Below are positions 39,769 to 51,772 of a DNA stretch of 64,000 nt, piece after piece. The notes below the pieces were generated by a model. The model was not told the DNA's origin. It was given only the letters and a program-made list of their open reading frames with translations, and made no database searches. The stretch spans positions 148,740,001 through 148,804,000 of the forward strand of contig NC_058368.1 in NCBI RefSeq assembly GCF_018350175.1, read 5' to 3'. Position 1 is the first letter of the stretch. Each line of letters opens with the position of its first letter. This stretch comes from Felis catus (Eukaryota). A program made the translations under genes and the position numbers.

Positions 39769-40231
39769 GGGGGAGACCCTGGAGAACAACCACATTTGCT
39801 GGTGCTGGAACAAGGTCATTAAGGGTGAAGACTTGTGCCAGATGTGTGTTGTGATTTTCCATAATCCCTGAAATGCTACAACTACATGGATGGAGCTAGA
39901 GGGTATTATGCTAAGCAAAATCAGTCAGTCAGAGGAAGACAAATATCATATGTCTTCACTCATTTGAGGACTTTAAGATACAAAACTGATGAACATAAGG
40001 GAAGGGAAGCAAAAATAATATAAAAACAGGGAGGGGGACAAAATATAAGAGATTCATAAATATGGAGAACAAACAGGGTTGCTGGAGGGGTTGTGGGAAG
40101 GGGGAATGGGCTAAATGGGTAAGGGGCATTAAGGAATCTACTTCTGAAATCATTGTTGCACTATATGCTAACTAACTTGGATATAAATTAAAAACTAAAT
40201 AAATTAAAATAATAATAATAATAATAATAAT
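39769..40231 (+). mobile_element. Mini-L1: 5'UTR fragment joined to the 3' end
   Basis: 39774-39878 aligns to L1 5'UTR 53418-53520. 39879-40231 is the ORF2 end, 3'UTR and (AAT)n tail. Degenerate TSD AAAT(T/C)ATA(G/A)GGA. Confidence 0.85.
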
Positions 40232-40342
40232 AAATCATAAGGAAAATACCTTTACAGTACTATAAAAAAAGAGAAAAATCCATGTATAAGTAGACCCACA
40301 CAGCTCAAATCCATGTTGTTCAAGGGTCAACAGTACTTTAAA

Positions 40343-40565
40343 ATTTTTTTTAAATTTTTTTTAACGTTTATTTATTTTTGAGACAGAGAGAGACAGAGCA
40401 TGAACAGGGGAGGGGCAGAAAGAGAGGGAGACACAGAATCTGAAACAGGCTCCAGGCTCTGAGCTGTCAGCACAGAGCCCGACGCGGGGCTCAAACTCAC
40501 CGGCTGTGAGATCATGACCTGAGCCGAAGTCGGACGCTTAAACGACCAAGCCACCCAGGCGCCCC
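40343..40565 (-). mobile_element. Young SINEC_Fc
   Basis: CpG-rich canonical copy inserted in the tail of the neighbouring SINE. Confidence 0.96.
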
Positions 40566-40569
40566 TAAA

Positions 40570-40626
40570 ATTGTTTTTTAAGATGTATTTATTTTTGATA
40601 GAAAGACAGAGTGAAAGTGGGGGAGG

Positions 40627-40672
<46 letters not shown>

Positions 40673-40797
40673 CTGATGCAGCTCCAGGCTCTGAGCTGTC
40701 AGCACAGAGCCCGACATGAAAACTGAACTCACTGTCCATGATATCATGACCTGAGCCAAAGTTGAATGCTTAATCGACTAAGCTACCCAGGTGCCCC
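40570..40797 (-). mobile_element. SINEC_Fc
   Basis: Outer TSD AA(C/T)AGTACTTTAAAATT encloses both SINEs. Confidence 0.94.
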
Positions 40798-43431
40798 AAT
40801 AGTACTTTAAAATTGAGAAAAAATTGCTTTTTTCCTTACTTTCCATTACTCTTTATTTTCTCTTAAATGGACAAATATCTGCTGAAAATACTAAACTTAC
40901 CTGAAATATACAACTTCCACGAAATTTCCATTAACTATTCTAATGAATAATGTTTCATCAAAAACAGTAAAATGAAATAAAAATAAACATTACATTCATT
41001 TTCTTTCAAGATCATAGAGTAGGTTTTTTTTAAGCACCCATAATTAAGGCAACCAGTAGGAAGAGAAATAAGCATTTTAGTATGTTTAATGTGAAAATGA
41101 AAATTGAATTCTGCCAGATTTATGTTAATGCCTTCTATTTCCATTTTTTGATTAGTGCTTAATATTTTATTAAGATGCCGCGTAACTGACTTTGCTCTAT
41201 TACTCTGTGAAAAAATAATATTAAAAAGGAAATCAAATCTTTTGGCAACTTTAAATATCATTTTTGATTTTACAGGTTATAGTAGAGCAGTGTATAAAAA
41301 ATTTATAGGAGAACAAAAATAAACTTCCAAGGAGCCACAATAACCTCATTATTAGCTTCCAAGGAGCTAATAACCTCATTCTTAGGGGAAATAGTAAGTG
41401 ATTATTTTCCACTACTCTGGGTGATTGCAGTACTAGAATGTACAGTGAAACTCATTTACCCAGTACCCCAAGGAGAGTGGTGTTCTTTTGTTGCTTCTTT
41501 TTGATGGGGACTTAACTCTGCATGTCTGACACTGAGCTGAATAACCCCTGTTGGGATTTGAAAATCCTTTCACAATAGGCATTATTTTTCTATGCATAGG
41601 CTGGGAGAACCAGCATGGACGCATAGTAAGGAGATTTAAGAATGGTAGATTCAGAAAAGAAGAAATTGGAGAAAGGATAAGGGTATGCATTAATATTATT
41701 TTTTGTTCACTCTTCTGGTTCAATGACAACAACCAGTATGCTCATTATTAAGTTCATAAATGAGGTTGTAACAATAGTGTATGAAAAAGGCATTTTAGGG
41801 AGAAACTTAATAACCCATGAAACTTAATAATTTATCATTTAATTTTCACTTACTTGTTTCAAAAATTAAATTACATAGTCCATATTAATGCCAAATCGTG
41901 TACTATTTTTCATACATTGTCAATTTACATATCTTTATTTTGGACATGCTAGCAAATCTTAGTGATCTTTATCACCCTTCCATGATTTATAAAGTCAATT
42001 TCCTTTCTGATTTACAGAAAAACAAAAAAATTTTTTCTACATTTTTCAGCAGACAAAAGAAAACCTCTCTTGCCTTTGCTCCCCATTGCATCAGTACATT
42101 TTCCCCCATTAGAACAATCATTTGTACTTCAGTATTGTCCCTCACTTCTTTCGATGGTGTGTCAACAAAGTGACACATCCCATCATGGGACAACTCACTA
42201 TTTCCTTCCCAGGTATTAATGTGATTATACCTATCCGTCTTGAGCATCCGTAGTGTCATTTATGAGCCTTCTACACAGAAAAGGTCCATTTATACTTTAT
42301 GAAATATTTCTATTGAAACTTGAAAAAAGTAATTTCTAAAGAGGTGGTGAATTGCAATCAGATTAAAGTTATTGTTAAGTACTATTTTGCCAGTCACATT
42401 TTCCTCCTGTCTGAACATGTCACTCGACCTCCAAATACCAATCTTTACAAATATTTTTCTAGTGATTTCCCATCATCTCAATGAAATTTTGACCCCAAAT
42501 ATTTTAAATATGTGCTAATAATTGAAACCAAATTCATGTAAATATAATAATACTATAAGTACCAGAGCATGACACAATGAGAATATGGATATTTCTAGTC
42601 TTTGTGCAAAATAAAATATGAGTAGGGCTTTGCAGATTTGTAGAAGTCTTATCTTGCCTTATTGAACATGCATGGAAAAATAAGTCAATTGTTCGCCACA
42701 CAAAGGACTTCATCTGTAGCATAGAAAAAGATGAAACTTTGTGTGTTCATCTCATTTCAAAACGAATCACAGTCTGAACACATAGGAAAGACAGGTGCAT
42801 TCACAATCCCTGAAAGCAAACAGCTGCACCACAGGCAGAGTCAAGGACATGGGAATAAGCATGCGCCTGGCAATGAATATTACATTGGACACTACTTCCT
42901 TCTTTTAGAAGCAGCAGAAATATGAGAAATTTGTATGATATTCATTTTAATAGAAAAAAGTCTTTTTTTTTTAATCATAGTCAATAAATTTACAGCCTGT
43001 ATTATTTTCCTCTCAGGAAGAAATAAAAGAATATATTTATTAGCCAGAAAACCACCTAATGAGTTAGATAATATTAATAACATATGCTTACTTAGTAGGA
43101 ATTTTAAGAGTTGGCACTGTTTGTAATTTGAAATCTTCCTATTAATGCTATGGTTTAGTTTTGGCTCTGGTACCAATACTAAAGGGATGTAATATATTTA
43201 CTTCCAAAAGTTAAGCTTTCAAAAGGAAGAAGAAAGAGGGTGGTAAGTAATGAATAACATAAAAGCTGATGTGGAAATGCATTAAAATTACAGTCACTTA
43301 GTCTCTCAATAATTTGCAATTTGTGGTAATTAGACGTAAGATAGGCCAAATACTCTTTTGGCATTATATACAAAATAAGGCTTTAAAGAAAAAATAAAAC
43401 TAAAAGTATTATATAGATATCTCTCTCTCTA

Positions 43432-43466
43432 TGTGTGTGTGTGTGTGTGTGTATGTGTGTGTGTGT
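43432..43466. repeat. (TG)n microsatellite
   Basis: Seen directly. Confidence 0.95.
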
Positions 43467-43732
43467 ATATACACTTATTTCTCAGATGTCCCCAATATGT
43501 AAAATAAAAGGTGCAAAATAAAGTAAAAAATAAAATAAAAGTGTAAAATAAAAGAGGCTGAAATTGTGGCATTTGCATAAAGTCTTCAAGGAGGTGTATG
43601 ATTCCATAAGACAAAGAAGTAAGGAATAATCTATAGAACTATGCCTTTTGTTGTCCAGAGTAATATCTTAAAACATAAAACAGAAAGCTATTCAATTTTA
43701 GTTTATAGAAATACAGAAAAAATTATAACTAA

Positions 43733-43911
43733 TTTTTTAATGTTTACTTATTTTTAAATTTTTTTGATGTTTATTTATTTTTGAGAGGCGAGGGGAGAGA
43801 GACACAGAATCCTCCAGCACAGAGCCTTTCGTGGGGCTTGAACCCACAAACCATGAGATCATGACCTGAGCCAAAGTTGGACGCTTAAATGACTGAGCCA
43901 CCCAGGTGCTC
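43733..43911 (-). mobile_element. Can-SINE with internal deletions
   Basis: Head, partial body and T-tail. Flanks AAAATTATAA. Confidence 0.9.
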
Positions 43912-44181
43912 AAAATTATAAATGATCTGAGAATTTACACAACCATGATTCAAAATACTCTTGGCAGATTGGCATACTAAATAAAATAAATGACATGATA
44001 TTTAGAGAAATACATATAGAACCTCTGCATTTAAATTAGAGTAGTGCTGTAGTGGTGATGAAAATCTCCCTATTTAACTTTATTATTGTATTACTTTGAT
44101 AAAAAGTTAAAGTGAGCCAAAATCTTATTCTACAAGGAGTAATTCTAGTTTTGTCTTCAAATATTTAAAGGACTATCATGT

Positions 44182-44615
44182 GGGGTGCCTGGGTGGCTCA
44201 GTTTGTTAATCAGCCAACTCTTGATTTCAGCTCAGGTCATGATCTCACGGTTCCTGAACCCCACGTCAGGCTCTGTGCTGATAGCCCAGAGCCTGCGTGG
44301 GATTCCCTGTCTCTCCCTCTCTCTGTCCCTCCTCCTGCTTGTGGGCACAGGCATATGTGCGCACATTCTCTCTCTCTCAAAATAAATAAAATAAATAAAT
44401 AAATAAACATTTTGGCATACCTGGATGGCTCAGCTGGTTAAGAGTCAGACTCTTAATTTAGGCTCAGGTCATGATCTCAAGGTTCATGGGTTCGAGCCTC
44501 ACAACAGGCTCCACGCTGCCAGTCCGGATCCTGCTTGAAAAGCTCTCTCTCCCTCCATCCCCTGCTTGTGCTCTCTCTTTCAAAAAATAAATAAACTTTT
44601 TTTAAAAATTAAAAT
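44182..44615 (+). mobile_element. Two tandem Can-SINEs (44182-44410, 44414-44615)
   Basis: A single 16-bp TSD TAAAGGACTATCATGT surrounds the pair. Confidence 0.93.
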
Positions 44616-46279
44616 AAAGGACTATCATGTATAATAAGAATGTGCTTATATTTTATGTCTCCTAAACATTGAAAATAAGGGCACTTGACAGAAATGGTAC
44701 ACAATCAGATTGAGGATCTCTACAACTTTTTATCAAAGGAACACAATAATGAACTTAAACAGTGAGTAAACTTTCCATTGTCATCTGCATACAGTCAGAT
44801 ACTCCTGTTTAAGAATGTATTTTCTTAACATTGCATAAGGAAATTAATTTGTATAGAAACTGAATTGTACCCTTCCATGAAGGCAGAAACTACTTTGGGT
44901 TTATTTTTGTTTATTTATTTTTCTTTGTATTTTATTCCACTGAATCTCATGCCAAAAATAATATCTGAAATTTGATAAATGTTGATTTTAAAAAATGAAT
45001 GAATGAGATAAAAAAGTAGTTTGAACCAAATCACTTTTGGATCTCACACAGTTCTATTTTACATTATATATTCTTTTATGCTTACAAAATAAATAGATGG
45101 TCTTAAAAATGTCTTCCAAATATAACCTATGAGTTCCTATCCTTTTATATTTTATAGCATCAAATGGAATAATCTGAAAAAATAAGACACTATATGAATA
45201 AAGATTACATAGAAGATACTATATATAAAAAAAGACTAATTTCAGTAATTTAAGTTTTGAAAAGTATATCCTGGAAGCTGTTAAACTCCAGACAATAGTC
45301 AAATTAGCCTTTGGTAAACTGATTGAACTATTTAACAGTAATTACTTTTATTTTCAATCCCTTCTTATTAACGGTTTGAATGTGAACAATTTCTGATATA
45401 ATACTTTTTAAATGAAACAAGAAAGAAGTTGTTACTCATTTGAAATAGACAATTTCAAACAACAAAATAGATTGGGAAGAATTGTACAAATTAGTATAAA
45501 AGTACTAACAGAAGATAATAATTTTAGACCTTTGTTTACTGGATGACAATCTCTTAAAGATTCATAGGAATTTATCACATAAAATGATCCATTATTTTAT
45601 GCTTTATGAGAACCCCTAATTTTCACTGCTTTCTCTCTTAAGTAGAAATTTGAATTAAAAATACACAGTAGGATTGATAACTATAAAATCTCTTTTTTTG
45701 TTGTTATTCTTCAGTTTTTCCCTTTGCAATTGAAGGTTTATGGAGGCTGTTCTAGCCCAGTTATAATTTTGTTTTAAACCCAATTTTTTTCTGTTTATCT
45801 TTTAAATGCTTCTACCTTTTCATTATTTACATAAGTCTTTTCTGACCTTCATTCTTTCGATTAAATCTTACTGCGTACAAATAATGTACCATAAATATAC
45901 CATAATCCAGGAATGAAAGTTAACTAAGGTGTGGTTTCTGAGTTCAGACAAGTGTGGAATACAGAAAATAAAATCAGTGTTTAATAGTAACCTTGTTATA
46001 TAGTACTGGGTGTTCTCGAAATATAAAATTTGAAAACAGAAGAAAGACATCTAATTTTAAAAATCTTTTTTTTTTTTGAAAGAGGTTTTGAGAAAGTAAC
46101 AACAAAACAGTGGAAGAGTAGAAATAACAATTCTGGAAAATGGAATTGGAACAGAGTATTTAAGAAATAAGAGGATCAAGAAAGCAGTGAAGTGTTTTTC
46201 TTTTTCTTTCTTTCTTTTTTTTTTCTGATAGGTATGACAGGCATGAAATGAGGCTGAAAGTAGGAGAGGGGATGAAGGG

Positions 46280-47000
46280 AGGGATGAGGTGTTTCAGTTC
46301 TGAGATGTGACCTCAATTCTGAAGAATATGGAGAGTTACTAAAGATTTAAACAACAAAAACAACAAAATATGACCAGGTTTTTAGAGGAAGAAAAATATG
46401 ACTAAACATTTAAAGTACATTACATAAATACATAAATGGAGGAAAGACCAAAGTCCTAGAGATTAGGTAAGAAGCTGTTAGAGTAACCTAGAGACAGAGA
46501 GAAAGAAGGGAAGGTGGGTGGGGATGATCAGAGTCAGAAAGAGAGAAGAAAGAAGAGATTGGAAAATATTTAGGTTGTGATATCAACAAAACACAAATAT
46601 AAACTGGGTGTGACAGTAGAGATAACAAAAGTAAATTCAAATAAATTTCAGCTGAGCAATTTAGTAGAGAATGGTGTAATTTAGTAAGAGAATACAAGAA
46701 GAACATGTTGGCTGTTTGGCTAAAAGTAGAAGGCTAGATATTTTGGGTTCAATATGAGATTGTTCAACTCGAGGCAACTGATATCTTGTGAACAACTGGC
46801 TATAATTTTCTGAAAACCTGAAGATAAATCTGGCATGCTTCTGAAATATGAGTATCATCAGAATTTAACTGTTGGTGGAACTCATCAACATGGATGAGTT
46901 AAACTATGGAGGATAATTTTAAAGACGAGAGGGAAAGAGAGAAAACCAAAGTGAGTATCATAAGAATGGCATGCAAAGGCAACATAGAGAAATGAAAACT
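46280..47000 (-). mobile_element. Ancient L2 relic
   Basis: Purine-rich degenerate L2 antisense motifs (TTAGGTAAGAAGCTGTTAGAGTAACCTAG; TTTCAGCTGAGCAATTTAGTAGAGAATGGTG). Confidence 0.6.
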
Positions 47001-47033
47001 GAGCTAGTAAAATTAAAGAAGAATGAAAACAGT

Positions 47034-47250
47034 GGGGCACCTGGGTGTCTCAGTCAGTTAAGTGTCTTACTCTTAGTATCAGCTCAGGTATCTCACAGTT
47101 TAGAGGGTTTGAGTCCCCCACATCAGGCTGTGCGCTCACAGCAAGGAGCCTGCTTGGGATTCTCTCTCTCCCTCTCTCTGTCCCTCCCCCACTCACTCTG
47201 TCTCTCTCAAAATAAACAAATACACTTAATAAAAATAATAATTTAAAAAA
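47034..47250 (+). mobile_element. Older Can-SINE
   Basis: Head, CT tract and tail. Confidence 0.92.
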
Positions 47251-47718
47251 TCTATCTATATGCAATCGTATGTATAATATCCATAATAGAGAGAGAGCAA
47301 AATTATATTGTGCTTAGTAGAAATCAGTGATTACTGATAGCACTAAGTCACTGAGAAATAGGAAAATCATGACTCCTACACATACAGAGTTATGTTTTCA
47401 ATAACTACACTAGCAAAAATGAGAAAAGCAGGAGTGTGGGTGCAGAACATTTGGTTTGAGAAAGAAAATAGAGAGTTCCTGGAAAATGGTCTTAATTTGT
47501 TAGAGGACAGGGATGTGGGAAAGACAGAATGAGACAGAGAGAGAGAGTATGTGAAGAAAAAAAGGAGACCTGCAAAAAACAAGCTTGATGTGATTTTGAA
47601 ATATTGGCTGGAGGAAAAATTGCTGACCAGGACTCAAGAAGGAATGTGAGGTAGTAGTGAATGACAACTGAAACCGGAAGTAAGTGTTGCTGCTTATTTA
47701 AATGCCTGTGTGTGTTTT

Positions 47719-47837
47719 GGCGGTAGCTCAGTCAGTAAAGCACATGACTCTTGAACTCAGGGTCATGAGATCAGGCCCCACATTGGGAATAGAGATCAGT
47801 TAAAAAAAAAAGTTAAAAAATAAATAACTAAATAAAC
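47719..47837 (+). mobile_element. Short old Can-SINE (tRNA part plus A-tail, no CT tract)
   Basis: GGTAGCTCAGTCAGTAAAGCACATGACTCTTGAACTCAGGGTCATGAG followed by poly-A. Confidence 0.85.
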
Positions 47838-50077
47838 ATTTATGGATTTTCCTCAATTAGGGATTAAGTGTTGGGGCAGAAACTTGGCAGAAAGCAGAAA
47901 GCTGGACTTACAAGGTGGTATGAGGCTAGAAACACGGCCAAGTATAGAATATTGAGACAGATTAATGGTGAGAGTGATCATATATGTGTTAGGAAAGACT
48001 TAAAATCAAGAACGTACTGATTCATTGGGAAAAAGAGAAAAACATTACTGAGAATCTCATAGTAGTAAAGAACAACTTTATGATGACTAAACATTATTTG
48101 GGATTTTTAAAGAAAGAGGATCAATTTAGAATTTGTACATTCTCTATATTGCATTGGTCAGCATGTATATCAAAATTTCTTCAAAATATCTCTGGCACTT
48201 ATCAATTCTTTACTGTTTGTACTCTAATTTTTTATTCAATTCTCTAAAAATTATCATGGTTTTCAGGGGACTTTACTGACTCCAGACCCTTTCTTATAAC
48301 ACTGAGTCCACTTCCTTCTCTTTCGGTGATAGATACAAGGTCTGCATGTGTGATAAATTCCTGGGCAGCCAGTGATCTTATCAAAACAGATTCTTATATG
48401 ACCTCCATTACCATAACTTTTTCTGAACTTAATAGAAGATTTGAGCCACCTTTCCTTTCATGTTAACATTTCCATGTGCGTGCTGTGCTCACATTTTCTT
48501 GGTCTCTCAGGACCTTCTCCCGTTTTATGTTGATAACATCATCACAAAAATGTTTTACACTCTAGCATGCTGCATCTACCGTATATGCTTACAGGTGCTT
48601 TTTTCTTCTAAAAATACACTCCAAATCCAATTGCAATAGGCCAAATGGTTTCATCTGCCGTTATGACTTCCCAGTATATTTTATGTTATGCACCAGAGTG
48701 TTTCAATGTGCTTCATAGCAAGTTTTTAATCTTTCCTTGCTCAGCTCACTCTGTAGTAACCAATAGATATTTAAGTGTAGTGTTACAATCTATTTTCCAC
48801 ACAAATACAAGGAAGTGAAGTGCACTTGAGTAAATATGCTTTCTAAAGGACTAGCTGACTCCTTATTAACCAGGTTTCTTTACAAGGCCACTATAAATCA
48901 AGGCTCTTATGACACACATAAGTGCTTTAGAAGTTAGAATTGATGACTGGGACAGGTTCAGACTTCTCAGTTACCTCATTGTAAATCATTATCTAGCCTT
49001 AAAGCATGTTTCTGCAAGCCTAAACATCATTTCAGTGATGAAAAAGGATATTAACTATGGTTACCATTAAACAATTTTATGCTAGGTTATTAAAGTGTCT
49101 TGAAACCATTTTAGGGAAAAAATTACTTTGCTGATACACATACATTTTAACATGACAAACCTTGATGACCTGTGAAAAATGACCAAATTTTGTGGTGGAC
49201 AAAGATTAGAGTCTGTAAAGAAGCATGATGGGATGACAAAATCTCTGGATTGAGTCTTTGCCCAGTTGATTTAACTAATTTTGTGGCATTGAGAAAACTC
49301 TTCCATTCTATGGTTCTCTGTTTCTCTAATTGAAGAATTAATTATTTTTAAGATGTAGATTTTAACATAATTCCTATTCTCAGCTTCTGTCATGAGAATA
49401 CTTTTCCATCTTTCAAACTGAAAATGTATTTAGATTATAAAGAGCAATGACAGATTTCAGTTAGAACATACTTTTTGATTTGGTATACAAAACATACCTA
49501 CTATTTCCAGTTCTATAGGATAAAAAGGAAAATTTGACCCTCTACAGTCTCTGTTTACACTGCATTCAAGATTGTGTAATCTAGACTGAATAACAATGGA
49601 CCTTCTGAAAAACACTCATTCATGGGAGATCCACAAGAATTGAAATCTTAAAAAATGATAATATGAAATGTAGATTACTCAACAAATATACTACCCAAAG
49701 CTTTGAAAACAATAATAATATAGGTCAAATGACAATTGGCAAATGCTACATGTTTCCAAGGGATGTTGTCAATAATATCTAAATATTCCAAAAATCCATG
49801 TCTGTGAAATAATATATTTTCAGAATTATGCAAATTTATTATTTCATCTCCATTCTCTCAGTCTATTTTTTTTTCCAGTACCGGCACCATATTTTGCTTT
49901 GCAAGACTATGAAATTAAATTTTCACTTTCTGAAACATTGTGAGTAAACATGAACCTCCTTCACATCAGCAAGGAAACAAGGCAGCAATGAAAACTACTG
50001 CTTATTATCTGAACCAAATCATTAAAATTACCACAGGCAGAAAATAAATACTGCCATTTTCAGTTTGGAGTTGAATT

Positions 50078-50242
50078 ACTTACTGTATTCTTATAATACT
50101 GTGAGCTAAAGGAAAGAAAATATTGAAAAAACTATAAGGAAGAGAAAATACATTTACAGTACTTACCGGACCACATTTATTGAAAAAAATCACATACTGT
50201 GAACCCAGGCAATTCAAACCCATGTTGTTTAAGGGTCAACTG
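50078..50242 (+). mobile_element. Tigger2-family 3' fragment
   Basis: ACTGTATTCTTATAAT...AAGGAAGAGAAAATAC and TIR CCCATGTTGTTTAAGGGTCAACTG followed by TA. Homologous to 40232-40333. Confidence 0.85.
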
Positions 50243-50277
50243 TATTAGGCACCAAGTAATTATTCTATAAAAGCACC

Positions 50278-50780
50278 TGTTGGGCAGGAAACTAGGCATG
50301 ACGGACAGGAGGTTAGACCTGAAGAGTCCTGACCAGGAGCCCTAACCAAGAACTGCCCAGGGGTCACCCCCACCGACCATCTAGCAACCAGTCTGTGGTT
50401 ATAACATCCAGGCAAATCCCAGCAGAGAAAGGTAAGTTTGTTGTACTTGTTACACTTGTGCAGAAGGCAGCCACTGGTCTTATTTGACCTATGTCTCCAG
50501 AATATAAAGAATACTGCCATATCTTAACCCGTTAAGGTATTTTGAATACATCTTGGGAAAATACATGCATAGTTGGCAAATTATGATATATATCAAAAAT
50601 TGCTATATGCCCACACTCCACAGTTTCTGTGGCCTTCATGTCTCTTGACTGGACCATTCCTCCCTTGAAGGGTACTTTAATAAAACTTTGCCAGGCTTTA
50701 CGTTCATTTAGCTGCGCTGTAATTCTTTACAATAAAAAATACTGAGGCTTCTTTCCTTTTCCATGTCACTCTCAGTAACA
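50278..50780 (+). mobile_element. ERV1-like solo LTR (503 bp)
   Basis: TGTT...AACA inverted termini, perfect 4-bp TSD CACC (50274-50277, 50781-50784), AATAAA at 50679. Confidence 0.88.
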
Positions 50781-50919
50781 CACCTATGTCCCTACAGTGA
50801 CATGTAGAACAAATTTAAAAGATGCCCGATTAAAATGAAAGGTTCCTTGTATTCCTATCGTTATAAAATAGTGGCAGTTACAAGAATCAGATACATTACA
50901 TGATTAAGAGAGGATAAGA

Positions 50920-51087
50920 GGGGTGTGTGGGTGGCTCAGTCCAATGAACCTGTGACTCCTTGTTTAGCTCAGGTCATTATCTCTGGGCTTGGTAGGTTCA
51001 AGCCCCACAACCAGGCCCTGCCCTGGCCACCTGGAGCCTGCTTGGGATTCTCTCTCCTCTCTTTCTGCCCCTCCCCGACTCATGCGT

Positions 51088-51122
<35 letters not shown>

Positions 51123-51160
51123 AATAAGTAAGTAAACTTTAATAAAAGCTTTAAAAAAGA
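50920..51160 (+). mobile_element. Older Can-SINE
   Basis: TSD AGAGAGGATAAGA. Confidence 0.92.
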
Positions 51161-51404
51161 GAGAGAGGATAAGAAAAAGAACTGGTGGTGTGGTTGGATA
51201 TATTCAAAGTAAGAAAAAAATAACCGAATTTCAAAGTCAGGAAAATCTAACCGGCAACACTCTAATTATAACCGCTCTCAGTATTTATAATGCAAACACA
51301 CACAGACACTGTACAACTGTTCATATATTTTGTTTAAATATACAAAACTGTTATTTTCTTGCCCTCAGCCTCCTTTAGTACACAAAAAAATACCAACCGA
51401 ATTC

Positions 51405-51772
51405 CCACTGCAGAGCTTTTGCATGTGTTTCCCTCTGCCGAGAATTCCTGCTCACCTGAATCCCCTCCTTTCTTACAGGACTAGCTTGACTCCAATATCC
51501 ATGGTTCAAATTAAATATCACCTCCACCGGCCTAGACACTTGCCCTTATTACTCACTGTTTCAGCACAGTATTTCTTTTTTTTCATAATATCTATGAAAT
51601 ATATCATCATGTGTTTGTCTCTTACCTATAATCAAATCATTTATGTATTTAACTGTTTGTGTTCTCCATACTACGATATAGACTCTATCAGAGTTCTGTT
51701 CAATAGTGATATAGGCAGCATTTAGTACAGAATCCAGTTATCTAGTATGCTGTCAATAAGTATTAGTTGAAG
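51405..51772 (+). mobile_element. L2 3' relic
   Basis: CAGAGCTTTTGCATGTGTTTCCCTCTGCC.AGAAT...TCAATAAGTATTAGTTGAA. Confidence 0.6.

Larger units (their letters stand above)
39481..40333 (+). mobile_element. Tigger2-family non-autonomous DNA transposon split by two L1 insertions
   Basis: TAACTTTTGTCTCCCCAAAACTTAACTACTGATAGCCTACT body. Right TIR CCATGTTGTTCAAGGGTCAACAG followed by TA. Pieces at 39481-39606, 39733-39768 and 40232-40333. Confidence 0.85.

Noticed and set aside
41324..41380. Duplicated CTTCCAAGGAGC..AATAACCTCATT
   Set aside because: Ordinary short tandem duplication.
47719..47800. tRNA-like sequence
   Set aside because: Degenerate tRNA-derived SINE head with an A-tail and no proper acceptor stem.
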